From contig CP011216.1 of NCBI GenBank assembly GCA_001029795.1, positions 211,398-275,397 on the forward strand: a stretch of 64,000 bases of DNA, in the 5' to 3' direction. The notes beneath the pieces are model-generated. The model was not told the origin of the DNA, ran no database searches, and saw only the letters and a list, made by a program, of their open reading frames with translations. How positions within the stretch are numbered: the first letter of the stretch is position 1; every line of letters starts with the position of its first letter. The translations under genes were made by a program, and so were the position numbers. Positions 63,499 to 64,000 of this stretch are shown in pieces. The DNA comes from a candidate division Kazan bacterium GW2011_GWA1_50_15 (lineage in GTDB: Bacteria; Patescibacteriota; Kazan-3B-28).

Positions 63499-64000
63499 AG
63501 TTCCAGTATAGCCAAAACCAGATACAAAAACATCCGTCATCTGACGGATGGCACAGATATCCAAACAAAGTTTAAAGGCCGCTCATGCGCCCGTAAATAT
63601 TGAATTTATGGCGTGGCGGCCTTTAAAAAGGTGCAAATACCGAACCGTCCCGCCGACGCAAATGACCAGCATCTGCTATCGAATATTTTGGAGACTAGGA
63701 ACAAAATCAACTTTTGTTTTTGTTTTCCAACACGGGACAGTGTCGGAAAGCGAAGCACCACTGGGGGGAGTGATACCTCGCTTCCCGACACTCTCTCTAT
63801 CGCTTATTGTCAAAGGCCTGCACCAAATTATATTACTGTACCACAAGCTAAACCACACGTCAATACCCGTAGCTAGCAAATGCGGTATTGTCGGCTCCTG
63901 AGGCGCAAACTTTTTTAGTTATCCCCACTCCCATCGACCCTGGTTATTCGATGATACGGTCAGACCCTTGAGGCACTATTGTGAAATCTAACAACGCCGC

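Overview
Bacterial chromosomal window in the standard genetic code (TGA used as stop). Gene content points to Patescibacteria/CPR (inference): two long VirB4/TraG-like ATPases, a short non-discriminating AspRS with GatCAB, PGI/PMI, a PEGA protein, a sortase, and a stand-alone rpmA. Housekeeping genes include murA, ligA, gatCAB, mfd, pth, der, aspS, nfo, gltX, glyA, rpmA, pyrG, alr, gyrB and pheST, plus tRNA-Glu, tRNA-Gln and tRNA-Leu. They are interleaved with self-contained orphan cassettes. Main unexplained signals: (1) an ~850-nt region at 23450-24335 with no credible ORF, holding an ~510-nt, multi-domain, probably pseudoknotted + strand RNA with its own promoter and terminator, next to a second ~290-nt fold; (2) further structured intergenic elements; (3) tRNA-derived structures downstream of all three tRNAs; (4) three families of short repeats, two of which sit inside proteins; (5) two modes of translation initiation, with leaderless core genes versus boxA-like plus strong-SD orphan cassettes; (6) an unannotated 59-aa AN1-like zinc finger; (7) an extra sigma70 with a divergent lone PurF beside tRNA-Glu. 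All RNA structures were paired by eye, not computed.
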